Virus record (IMG/VR): IMGVR_UViG_3300045988_164457
Location: 69,216-133,215 of that record
Origin: a virus
Direction: 5' to 3' (one strand)
DNA length: 64,000 bases
Shown here: piece after piece, positions 20,739-29,443 of the stretch
Layout of the letters: every line of letters begins with the position of its first letter
How positions within the stretch are numbered: the stretch's first letter is position 1
Program-made: the position numbers and the translations under genes
The notes under the pieces: model-generated
The model's database searches: none
What the model saw: only the letters and a program-made list of their open reading frames with translations
What the model was told of the DNA's origin: nothing

Positions 20739-20948
20739 ATATTTAAACCACTTAGCAGGTTTTTCATCCGCTCAAAGTCGCTATTTGTTAATATGAAACC
20801 TCATATTCGATTTTTAGTGCCAACAGAATACGACTTGTTATTACTGTTCAGACACTTAATACATATTTAATGAAATATCAGCGCCAACTGATACGACAAA
20901 ATATGTATTAGGTTGGAGACACCTTGACGGTATCAATCCTCGCACCAA

Positions 20949-21022
20949 TGGTACACCATATCGGTTCTGCCCCGATGTTTAACGATTAAAAGTCGTTTGT
21001 TCTACTATTGAACTAATGGTGC
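20949..21022 (-). tRNA. tRNA-Lys (anticodon TTT), non-canonical D and T loops
   Basis: Hand-folded, 74 nt with CCA encoded. The T-loop is GGCAGAA (no TTC) and the D-loop is AATAGTA (no GG). Confidence 0.55.
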
Positions 21023-21093
21023 TTATTCCTGACTTTTTATACGGAAGTCAGTGAAACCGTTTATGGAGGTTATACCAGAATGAAACTAACATT

Positions 21094-21167
21094 TGGTTGG
21101 GACACTCTGATTTGAACAGAGGATCACGGAGTCAAATTCCGATGCCTTACCACTTGGCTATGCCCCA
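21094..21167 (-). tRNA. tRNA-Gln (anticodon TTG)
   Basis: Hand-folded, 74 nt: D-arm GCCAAGTGGTAAGGC, T-loop TTCAAAT, CCA encoded. Confidence 0.85.
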
Positions 21168-21221
21168 ATATTTATTTTAAAGCCTAATTTTATCATTTAC
21201 TTATCATTTGATTACATATAT

Positions 21222-21250
21222 ATGATACTCGATGATTCTGCATTTGTCAA
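21222..21250 (-). promoter_or_regulatory. promoter of the tRNA array
   Basis: Reverse complement reads TTGACA-17-TATCAT, about 50 nt upstream of tRNA-Gln. Confidence 0.6.
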
Positions 21251-21321
21251 GTGCTTTTGCAAATATTTTATTATTTACTTTGTTTTATGTATTGGAAGTG
21301 AAAATCACTTCCATATTTCTC

Positions 21322-22290
21322 TTAATCTTCTGCCTTCTCAATACTCTGTCTGAACTTATTGTATTCGCTCACCATACGATATGCTTTGGTCACTGAAGTA
21401 TTGAATGTCCGAGCATATGTTTCTGCACTATTCATGTCTCCAGAAAAGACATAATCATTTTTTCTTTCATACTGATACATTTTATTGAACATACCTGCTT
21501 TTTTAACATTGGGAGCTTCCAGTCGCACATCCTGTATAGATGCCCCCATTGCGTTCCACTTTAAATTTACGAAACTTGATTTCTTTTCGGAATTAAATAA
21601 ATTATCATATGTCCAATTCTTTGTTTTTCTTTTATACTGTCTTTTTACGCTATTTTGCTCATCTGCCTGCAATTCTAATATTTCCGAATACAGGTCATCA
21701 ATAAACTGAATTTCCTCATCTGAAAGTTCAATAGACTTTCCATTGACGGTCAGCTGTTTGGTACTGATTATATTCCTTGCATCAGACAATGTAATAGAAA
21801 TCATATCATCTGTTGTAAGTTGCTCCCAAAGAAATACATTAAATACATTGAATTTCTTTTGTCGCACAACTAAACTTTTATACATTTTTTCGGATAATTC
21901 AGATTCTTGCAGAATAAGATACTCCTCTTCTGCTTGAGTTAACGCCTGTTTCAATTCTGAAAAAGTAGCAAAGTATTCATCTTTACCGCTTTCGGTTTTT
22001 ATATTGGATACTATACTTTTAAGTCTATTGACTTCGTAAAAACTATCCTTTATGGATAAATCATAAGTCTTATTTACCCATCTATAATAATTACACAGAA
22101 CGCCGTATAAAGCGTTTAAGGTAGTAATTTTCTTCTTGTCGGCTTCTATTACATCGGCGATTTCCTCAGCTGACATATCAAATATATTTTTATCTACTTT
22201 ATTCAAAGCAGATATTCTTAGTGCGTAATTACCAAAACTGGGATTCTTTTCAATAATATGCTGACAATATTCTTCAAAGTATGGTACCAT
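21322..22290 (-). CDS. hypothetical protein
   Basis: 322-aa ORF with its own TTGACA-17-TAAAAT promoter at about 22315-22345. No catalytic motif recognised. Confidence 0.6.
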   Translation of the reverse strand: MVPYFEEYCQHIIEKNPSFGNYALRISALNKVDKNIFDMSAEEIADVIEADKKKITTLNALYGVLCNYYRWVNKTYDLSIKDSFYEVNRLKSIVSNIKTESGKDEYFATFSELKQALTQAEEEYLILQESELSEKMYKSLVVRQKKFNVFNVFLWEQLTTDDMISITLSDARNIISTKQLTVNGKSIELSDEEIQFIDDLYSEILELQADEQNSVKRQYKRKTKNWTYDNLFNSEKKSSFVNLKWNAMGASIQDVRLEAPNVKKAGMFNKMYQYERKNDYVFSGDMNSAETYARTFNTSVTKAYRMVSEYNKFRQSIEKAED

Positions 22291-22355
22291 ATAATCGTCC
22301 TTTCTATATTCACTAAATCAATTTTATCATCTTCTTTCTGATTTGTCAAGATAAA

Positions 22356-22781
22356 TTATACAGAATACGCAGAATTATTTTCCAGACCAAAGCTTGCAGC
22401 GATGGCTCTATCGATACAAGTCATCATTCTTTCCCCAAGCTTTCCTGCCCAGCTCAGAACTCGGCTCTTATCAATAGTTCTTATCTGCTCCGTCATTACA
22501 GTAGTAGGCTTTGTTAATCCTGTCTCTACAGATGGGTTTATACTTACGTGTGTTACCATTGGCTTTTTCTCCTTACTGGTCATGATAGCCACTATAAGGC
22601 ATGGTGAGTGTTTATTTCCTACTTCATTTTGTATTATTACGGCTGGACGGATATCACCTTGTTCTGAGCCGACCGTATCTCCAAAATCAACCCAGACAAT
22701 ATCGCCACGGTGATATTCCATCACAGTTGAATGATACTTATTATCATAATGTCTAAAATTAGTTGAGCTATTAGCAATCAT
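22356..22781 (-). CDS. MazF/PemK-family endoribonuclease toxin (no cognate antitoxin seen)
   Basis: GDIVWVDFGDTVGSEQGDIRPAVIIQNE...IVAIMTSK signature, with an AAGGAG RBS upstream of the ATG at 22781. Confidence 0.8.
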   Translation of the reverse strand: MIANSSTNFRHYDNKYHSTVMEYHRGDIVWVDFGDTVGSEQGDIRPAVIIQNEVGNKHSPCLIVAIMTSKEKKPMVTHVSINPSVETGLTKPTTVMTEQIRTIDKSRVLSWAGKLGERMMTCIDRAIAASFGLENNSAYSV

Positions 22782-22886
22782 TTTTTATTTTCTCCTTTCA
22801 TTCAGATTAGCAGTAATTCCGTTGTTCCTCGTTTTATTATCTATATTTTATCATTTACATATTTTTATTTATACTATATTTTGTGT

Positions 22887-23306
22887 CTAAATTGCAAATT
22901 CTATCATTTCAGAGAGATTGTTAAAAAGCAATATTCCGTCTTCTCTGACTTGACAATAATCTGTTCCTGTTAATTCATCGGATCTTATCTCCCCTTCCAG
23001 TTCGTATTTATCTTTGACAATATTTCTTAAAATTGGCTTGAACCACTGTGTAAAGGCTATTCCAAGGATATTATCATATGTATCTTCTATAATATATACT
23101 ATATTATTACCTTTCATCAATTCAAATTCCACCTTCTCTTTGTGAGGTGTGATATTGAGATGAGTTTCTTCGCTGGTGTCGGTATCGATATTTTTTATAT
23201 TTGTATAAATGCGTTTGACTTTTTTACCATCTATAAATGTGAGAAATTCAATTTTTCCGTTTTTAAAATATTGGGACAACTGATTTTTTATGTCTTCTGT
23301 ATTCAT
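22887..23306 (-). CDS. hypothetical protein
   Basis: Start set at the second ATG, 9 nt after an AAAGGA RBS. The ORF track starts at 23324. Confidence 0.55.
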   Translation of the reverse strand: MNTEDIKNQLSQYFKNGKIEFLTFIDGKKVKRIYTNIKNIDTDTSEETHLNITPHKEKVEFELMKGNNIVYIIEDTYDNILGIAFTQWFKPILRNIVKDKYELEGEIRSDELTGTDYCQVREDGILLFNNLSEMIEFAI

Positions 23307-23464
23307 TTTTATCGATCCTTTCATATCATTTACAAAACTTTCGCTTAAATTGCCACACTATTCCCTTATATACGGACTTGCCATAAGGGAACGAGAAAAC
23401 ATTCCCATTGGCATTTATCCATATTTGATGGCTTCCGTTACCGTTTCTGAAAAATGTAAAACCA

Positions 23465-23881
23465 TTATCCGTTAGCATTGCGAGAAACTTTCTGATATCC
23501 ATTCTGCATTCCTCTCAACATATTTTTAGCTTTATTTGTCGCAAGATTGTGTTCATACTCCTTTAATGCAATAAATAACTCCACTTCATCTCCATATGAG
23601 TCAACATTGCAAACATAACATTCGACAGGATATGGATTTTCATCATAAATCTTATCGAGTGCTGCTTTCATTTCCACATCATCAACTATATAATATTTAC
23701 CGCCACGATGACATACAATGAAGGGCTTTAATTTTATCTTATCAAAATCACGAACATATTGTTCCACCCAATATTTACATGGGTTTTGATGATAACCGCC
23801 ATTTTCCATAGTCATTATAAAAAGTTCATTTGACATTAAGGTACGTTTGGTAAAATCATAAGGAAGATTGTATATTTTCAT
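23465..23881 (-). CDS. hypothetical protein (weak ParB-N-like segment)
   Basis: PFIVCHRGGKYYIVDDVEMKAAL resembles a degenerate ParB N-domain core. Confidence 0.45.
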   Translation of the reverse strand: MKIYNLPYDFTKRTLMSNELFIMTMENGGYHQNPCKYWVEQYVRDFDKIKLKPFIVCHRGGKYYIVDDVEMKAALDKIYDENPYPVECYVCNVDSYGDEVELFIALKEYEHNLATNKAKNMLRGMQNGYQKVSRNANG

Positions 23882-23893
23882 TTTAGACCTCCA

Positions 23894-24274
23894 TTACTTC
23901 AAGCACAGAATATCTGCTACTTCGTCAATAGTTATTTCCCTGTATGTATTATCTCTAAGGTCAATTATAAAGCAGATGCAAGGCTTCTCTTCCTTATACT
24001 TATAAAACTGTTCTATTATCATTGAATCCCAATCTGTTCCCCTTCGAGTTAATCCCTCGGTCTTATAAGCACAACTTTCATTATAGCCAAGGAAGATAGT
24101 TCTTCCGTATTTTTCTGTATTTCTTGATTTAATTTCAGAGAGTGTATTCTCAGCTATCATAATACTTGACAGCTTTTCTACTTCATCTCGAAGATACTTT
24201 TCGTCTGCCTTTACTTTACCATTATAACCAATAAACTGGGCATATTTGTTGAGCATCTCATCATATATATTCAT
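23894..24274 (-). CDS. hypothetical protein
   Basis: Start at the ATG 8 nt after GGAGG. The ORF track uses an upstream TTG at 24289. Confidence 0.5.
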   Translation of the reverse strand: MNIYDEMLNKYAQFIGYNGKVKADEKYLRDEVEKLSSIMIAENTLSEIKSRNTEKYGRTIFLGYNESCAYKTEGLTRRGTDWDSMIIEQFYKYKEEKPCICFIIDLRDNTYREITIDEVADILCLK

Positions 24275-24296
24275 TTCAAATTCCTCCAATCAGGCT

Positions 24297-24551
24297 TTAA
24301 GCCAATGATATTGTTGTCTGTGTACGATCTGCGAGAGTGTCAATAACGATATTTCCGCAAACGGTGGGAAATATAGCTGTTACTCTCTCGCCTTTTTTTA
24401 CTTCATCGTAATGCTTAGAAACATTTTCAGCCCACATACCTTTTATATGTGCATAAAGAGCCATAGCAACATCTTTTGCAAGCATAGGATTTTCCTTCTG
24501 CTTTGTCTTGAGGTCATCGCTGACCTTGTATTTTCCTATCTGTAACACCAT
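24297..24551 (-). CDS. hypothetical small protein
   Basis: 84-aa ORF. Its start shares position 24551 with the upstream gene's stop codon. Confidence 0.5.
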   Translation of the reverse strand: MVLQIGKYKVSDDLKTKQKENPMLAKDVAMALYAHIKGMWAENVSKHYDEVKKGERVTAIFPTVCGNIVIDTLADRTQTTISLA

Positions 24552-25108
24552 TATCGATCCTTTCTTATTACTGGAAATTTGCCTTTATATCCGATAGTTT
24601 TAAGAGCTATATATCTCGTATATCCATCTTGCAGAACATTATCTTTATTTACCTTAATTGGTTTCCCATCGAGATAATCCGACAATGTATATTTCTCAAC
24701 AGCTGTCTTTATCTGCTCAATACACTTGTCAATTTTTTCTTTTTTAGGTGGACTAACTTCAAAGATTTTAGGAACTGATATTTCATCAACACTCAACCAA
24801 TCTGCTGTAGCTGAGAGCCTATGAAGAAATTCTTCTCGGTTTGTTTCTTCCACCAAAACAGCCTTGACTTCTTTTATACCGTCTCTCACGGCTATGGTAT
24901 AATCCTTCCATCCGGTTATAAGGTTATATGTACCGTTATCATTCTTATGGACGATAACAAGGAGATTTTTAACTGATTTCTGCAATCCAAAGATTGTTGA
25001 AGAATCATTCTTGGTATGAATATCAGATATCATTCTGATCTGGCTCACAGGTATGAGTTCATAATTTTTTCTTTTTCGAGATAATGCTCTAAATTCTTTA
25101 ATGGTCAT
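24551..25108 (-). CDS. ParB-N-like domain protein (two degenerate copies)
   Basis: YNLITGWKDYTIAVRDGIKEVKAVLV and VLQDGYTRYIALKTIGYKGKFPV. Confidence 0.5.
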   Translation of the reverse strand: MTIKEFRALSRKRKNYELIPVSQIRMISDIHTKNDSSTIFGLQKSVKNLLVIVHKNDNGTYNLITGWKDYTIAVRDGIKEVKAVLVEETNREEFLHRLSATADWLSVDEISVPKIFEVSPPKKEKIDKCIEQIKTAVEKYTLSDYLDGKPIKVNKDNVLQDGYTRYIALKTIGYKGKFPVIRKDR

Positions 25109-25122
25109 TTAAATCATTCCTT

Positions 25123-25965
25123 TCAAATCTTATATCCAGATAATCTTTCAAATTCTTCCAATCCAAGGTTGAGGTCAAGCCATTTCTGACGAAGCTTCAA
25201 AGGGTTTACTGTCATATAATATTTTAATGTTGTATTAAGGTCGGCGTGAGCTACGGCTATAGAAGCAACTGCTGCATTTCTATCGTCCTCCCAGCCTCGT
25301 GATATAAACTCGCAAAAAGTTTTCCGCATAGCATGAGACGAATAATGCCCCATGATGCCAAGCTTTTGAGTTATTGCTTTAAGCCATCTGCCGATTGATG
25401 ATACAGTCATAGGGGCAATTTCCCTCTCACTTCCTTTTTCATCGTACCTCTCCCCTGTTGTGATTACATCTGCGATTTCTCCGTATTCATCATATATAAA
25501 TTCATCGAAATATGTTCTACGGTTTCCATCACCTCTAAAAAGATAATTTTCAGAAGTTAATCCCTTACGATCAATAAGGTACTTGAGAACAGTCTTTACT
25601 GCTTTATTAAAATACACAGGTCTTGCTTTATCTGTCTTCTGTTCAGCGATATACTTAATATCAAGAATGTTTCCTTTCTCATCTGTCACATCTTTCACTC
25701 TGAATGAAAGAATGTCGCCACAACGATAGCCTGTATTTATTCCGAAAACAAACATTGCTGCTTTATGGTATGCTTTTTCTTCAAAACACTGACGGATAAC
25801 AGCGTTGATATCGTTCTCGTACATAAATGCGTCCGCAGAATGTTTGGTGGGTGCTTCTACATCGGTAACAACAACTTGTCTATGTGCTACTTTACGCCTA
25901 TTTTTTCGAGATGATATATCAATAATATTGGCTGTTCCGTTGTTATAGGCTATCGCTGCGTTCAT
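25123..25965 (-). CDS. tyrosine recombinase (Xer/phage-integrase catalytic domain)
   Basis: GYRCGD (Arg I), SSHAMRKTF (HxxR) and HADLNTTLKYY (His/Tyr). Confidence 0.75.
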   Translation of the reverse strand: MNAAIAYNNGTANIIDISSRKNRRKVAHRQVVVTDVEAPTKHSADAFMYENDINAVIRQCFEEKAYHKAAMFVFGINTGYRCGDILSFRVKDVTDEKGNILDIKYIAEQKTDKARPVYFNKAVKTVLKYLIDRKGLTSENYLFRGDGNRRTYFDEFIYDEYGEIADVITTGERYDEKGSEREIAPMTVSSIGRWLKAITQKLGIMGHYSSHAMRKTFCEFISRGWEDDRNAAVASIAVAHADLNTTLKYYMTVNPLKLRQKWLDLNLGLEEFERLSGYKI

Positions 25966-25996
25966 AGTGATTTTCCCTCCGTATCAAAGTATGTAA

Positions 25997-26779
25997 TCAA
26001 ACGCTGTATATCGGCTTTATTTTACCTCTTTTAGACATCTCATTATACTTATCCCTAAGAGTTTCCGTCCAGTTGATAGGATAAGACATTTTGAGGTTCT
26101 TAGCTGTGTTTGTAAGTGTCTGAGGAGTGTATTTTGCAAGAGCATTGACAAGTCTTGATGTAACGATATTATTTCCATAGAGTTTGAGAAACTCTGTTGT
26201 TCCAGCGATAATATCGCCCTGCAAACTGGATTCTCTGCCGTTATAAGCTTCAACAAGACACTTTATGGCAAGAATAGTATCATCAGAATCCTTCTTATAT
26301 AGCATTTCCACCTTTTTAACAGCATTGATTCTCATTCCGGTAGTCGTGTTTTTATCATAAGGCAATCTTCCGCCAACACGGGAGACTTCTAATGCAAGTT
26401 CACATGGAAGCTTTCTGCCTGCTTCATAAGATGCAAGCGTCATCTCATTAAATGTATGCCGATGTTTCTTTTCGTACTGGTCAACATAATAATCCGCTTC
26501 ATCGGTATAAGTCATTCCCTTATGTACAATACACTGTATATCAACAGGTCTATTCTCATTAACGGCTTCGAGAATAATCACCGTATGCTGTCCATCAATC
26601 ACATAATATATTCCGTCACGATAGGAAACGTGGACAGGATCAACTTTATTGGGATCAAATTTTTTAACACACTCAGCGATAAATTTCATATCAATTTTAC
26701 GCTGATACGGCTGTTTACTTTTAAGCTGAGATGAATTTATCATTCTTATTGTCCAGCTGGGCGATGTATTGATTTCCAT
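25997..26779 (-). CDS. ParB-like nuclease-domain protein
   Basis: PYQRKID...VHVSYRDGIYYVIDGQHTVI. Confidence 0.55.
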   Translation of the reverse strand: MEINTSPSWTIRMINSSQLKSKQPYQRKIDMKFIAECVKKFDPNKVDPVHVSYRDGIYYVIDGQHTVIILEAVNENRPVDIQCIVHKGMTYTDEADYYVDQYEKKHRHTFNEMTLASYEAGRKLPCELALEVSRVGGRLPYDKNTTTGMRINAVKKVEMLYKKDSDDTILAIKCLVEAYNGRESSLQGDIIAGTTEFLKLYGNNIVTSRLVNALAKYTPQTLTNTAKNLKMSYPINWTETLRDKYNEMSKRGKIKPIYSV

Positions 26780-26783
26780 AATT

Positions 26784-27521
26784 TCATTCCTCCATTATTG
26801 TATCTGATTTATTTATAATCGCTTCTTTAAAAGAAGTAATTGCTGTAACAACCTCATCGAGAATAATAGTTATATCATTTAGAGCTTCGTCTCTTGTATA
26901 ACGTTTATCCGTTACAGTTTCTACCATACCAGTATAATCATCAAGTGCTTCCAAATAGTTGCTTGTCTGTGCTTGAAACATACTTGTTATCATAGCAAAA
27001 GTCAACTGTGTTTCCGTATCGTCCTTTAACCGTTTGGCACGTTCTTCAAGAGATATAGCATTAGTAGTTACAACAGTAGCATTACGCCTTTTATATAATT
27101 CAGTTGAGGATATATCACCATTAAAATACAGATGCTTGTCCTCATCTTTACAGTAGTTTAAGGCACTTATGACCTTACTCGCTTGTGCAATAGATTTTTC
27201 AGCAATGACCTTATTTACACAATTACGATTAATTTCACTAGCTATAAGCCTATCATAGCAAAAAAGTATGGTTTTACAATCTTTAATTGCCCGATCAGGC
27301 AGAAGTAATGATCGGCTCACGTCCCGATAAACAGTCTGTATCTTTTTGTTCTTCGTATCCAATGTCGCTTGCTTGTCCGCAACTTCCACCAGCTGACGGC
27401 ACAGCTCCAACGTCATTGGTTTCTTCGTTAAGAGAGGTTTCAGTTTCATTATCTGTGCAGTTACTGCTTTCTGCTCGTTCTTCCTCATAAGCAATGCTTC
27501 CTTTTTCTGTGCTGTACTCAT
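26784..27521 (-). CDS. hypothetical protein (start uncertain)
   Basis: The ORF is open from 27578. Every candidate start overlaps the 3' end of the upstream DUF262 gene by more than 100 nt. Confidence 0.45.
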   Translation of the reverse strand: MSTAQKKEALLMRKNEQKAVTAQIMKLKPLLTKKPMTLELCRQLVEVADKQATLDTKNKKIQTVYRDVSRSLLLPDRAIKDCKTILFCYDRLIASEINRNCVNKVIAEKSIAQASKVISALNYCKDEDKHLYFNGDISSTELYKRRNATVVTTNAISLEERAKRLKDDTETQLTFAMITSMFQAQTSNYLEALDDYTGMVETVTDKRYTRDEALNDITIILDEVVTAITSFKEAIINKSDTIMEE

Positions 27522-28680
27522 CCTCATCATCCCCATTATCATTTTCAGCTGTATCAAGATATTCGTCAACAAAATCATAAATTATATTTTGTCTTTCTTC
27601 TACACATTCGGAAGAATAAAAAGAACTGCCACCGTCTTTCGCATTGCACTCATCAACAAATCTCTTATAACAATCACTCTGCCAAAATGCACGAAGAAAA
27701 TCAATAAACGATTTTCCATTCTTGTTGTTTGCATTAAATGCTTTGAAATTATCAAGACCTAAAATGTAATGAGGGATCGTAATAGAGTCAAATCTTTCAA
27801 TTTCTTCACCTGTAAGATTATTTTTGTTTTCAGCAAGTTCATTTACAAGATTGAAAAGCTTATGTTTTGTATGGTCATTAACATATTCATCAAAATCATT
27901 ATCAGCAAACTTAGTCATAGCAGAAGAACCGAGATTTGTATAGTTATAACGTGTCATCATCATAAAGATTCTGATTACACAACAAAGAATACTATCGTTC
28001 TTTGCCTTACAGCCCTTACTGTCGTTCCACAGTTCACTGTCACAAATGGGCTGTACATTACGCATATTTTCTGAACCAAGAAGGAAACGCATCTTCTGAT
28101 AAGAATTAGGCGTTTTACCGTTATTCATACAGAACACAATATCATCGAGTTCTTCGTCCGTAAAGCCTTCGTGTATATATGTTGTAAGCCGATATTTATC
28201 TAAGAAAACCTTAATGGCATCTGGAAGTTGAGAATATTTCTTATTGGCAATTTCGATTTCTATCTTCATTTCATTACCTTCCTTGTCTATACCCCTGCAC
28301 GCAACGGACTTTGCTCTTTTATCAAGAGCAAATTTATCATGGTAAAAATCCACAAGGGCGGTTGTTCTCTGTAAGCCGTCCAGCAATGACGTTACAGCAT
28401 AACTTTTACTTTCAGCACGTCCTTTGGCAAGAGCTATGCTTCCAATTGGTCTATTGTGGAGAGCTGCTTCGATAAGTTTAGATTTTTGCTTCCTTGTCCA
28501 CTGGTCATCAGTACGCTGGATAAGCGGATCACGGCAAATTTCTCCGTTATCTACTTCTTCCACATACATTTTTACAGAATAAGGTATCATCCGTACATCG
28601 GATTCTTCACGCACACGCTCTGCAATGGTATAGGTAGTTCCATCGATTTCTATAACATTGAAATCTTTTTTCTTTGCCAT
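27295..28680 (-). CDS. DUF262 (ParB-fold) protein with acidic C-terminal tail
   Basis: DPLIQRTDDQWTRKQKSKLIEA and LLDGLQRTTAL. Confidence 0.65.
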   Translation of the reverse strand: MAKKKDFNVIEIDGTTYTIAERVREESDVRMIPYSVKMYVEEVDNGEICRDPLIQRTDDQWTRKQKSKLIEAALHNRPIGSIALAKGRAESKSYAVTSLLDGLQRTTALVDFYHDKFALDKRAKSVACRGIDKEGNEMKIEIEIANKKYSQLPDAIKVFLDKYRLTTYIHEGFTDEELDDIVFCMNNGKTPNSYQKMRFLLGSENMRNVQPICDSELWNDSKGCKAKNDSILCCVIRIFMMMTRYNYTNLGSSAMTKFADNDFDEYVNDHTKHKLFNLVNELAENKNNLTGEEIERFDSITIPHYILGLDNFKAFNANNKNGKSFIDFLRAFWQSDCYKRFVDECNAKDGGSSFYSSECVEERQNIIYDFVDEYLDTAENDNGDDEDEYSTEKGSIAYEEERAESSNCTDNETETSLNEETNDVGAVPSAGGSCGQASDIGYEEQKDTDCLSGREPIITSA

Positions 28681-28683
28681 AAT

Positions 28684-28872
28684 TTATTCCTCCTTTATAT
28701 ACTTATTCCGATAAACTCGCACTGCTTCTTCAATAAATGCATTAAGACTTAATCCTTGTTTATCTGCTTCAGACTTCCATTCATCTTTTACACCTTTTTT
28801 GACTGTAACAGATATTCTGTCATATACTTTCGCATTATATTTGTTCTTTGCCTTTGTTGATGATTTTCCCAT
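28684..28872 (-). CDS. ribbon-helix-helix (Arc/CopG-like) protein
   Basis: RISVTVKKGVKDEW...GLSLNAFIEEAV, with a GGAGG RBS. Confidence 0.55.
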   Translation of the reverse strand: MGKSSTKAKNKYNAKVYDRISVTVKKGVKDEWKSEADKQGLSLNAFIEEAVRVYRNKYIKEE

Positions 28873-29019
28873 TATTTAAACCTCCAATTTTAAACTTTGA
28901 AATTGTCTTGAATAATCAAAAGACTTTACTAATCTATTCATCCCTAAATAGAAAACTTTGTAGTACATATGTAATCACTCTTTTTTCACTTAATTATTCA
29001 AAACAATTTTTGACCGCTC

Positions 29020-29048
29020 TTGACAAATTCAAAAACATATGTTATGAT
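29020..29048 (+). promoter_or_regulatory. module M1 rightward promoter
   Basis: TTGACA-17-TATGAT with upstream TG. Confidence 0.65.
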
Positions 29049-29093
29049 ATAAAACTAAGGTTTTATTTTACTTTATTGGTTGACCTTGGTATA

Positions 29094-29122
29094 ATAATAC
29101 CACATATTAGGGAACTTGTCAA
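29094..29122 (-). promoter_or_regulatory. module M1 leftward promoter (faces the rightward one)
   Basis: Reverse complement reads TTGACA-17-TATTAT. Its -10 lies 45 bp from the plus-strand -10. Confidence 0.6.
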
Positions 29123-29203
29123 TATATTTGTGGTATATTATTGTACAATTTTTTCTATCTTATTTTGTTAAATATTCCTATACCGAAAGGAGCATGAGCA
29201 TGT

Positions 29204-29410
29204 ATGAATCAATTTTCTTTACAAGTAAAAGAATATTTATTAAGAAATAATCTTAAACAGAAAGACATTGTTGAAAAGCTGGGGTTATCCAAAAATGCAA
29301 TCAGTCAATCACTTAATCGTGATAACATTTCTCTTGACAAAATGCTTCTCATTGCCGATGCTTTGGACTGCGACCTGGAGATTAAGCTTGTGCCGAGGTC
29401 TAAGTCTTAA
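29204..29410 (+). CDS. XRE-family HTH regulator (Aca-like candidate)
   Basis: LKQKDIVEKLGLSKNAISQSLN helix-turn-helix. Confidence 0.75.
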   Translation: MNQFSLQVKEYLLRNNLKQKDIVEKLGLSKNAISQSLNRDNISLDKMLLIADALDCDLEIKLVPRSKS

Positions 29411-29443
29411 CATAATTATAATGTAAAATAAGGAGTTGTTATT

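Noticed and set aside
20330-20746. 138-aa plus-strand ORF in the ORF track
   Set aside because: It runs antisense straight through two hand-folded tRNAs and the inter-tRNA spacers, has no RBS, and its composition is an artefact of the tRNA sequence.
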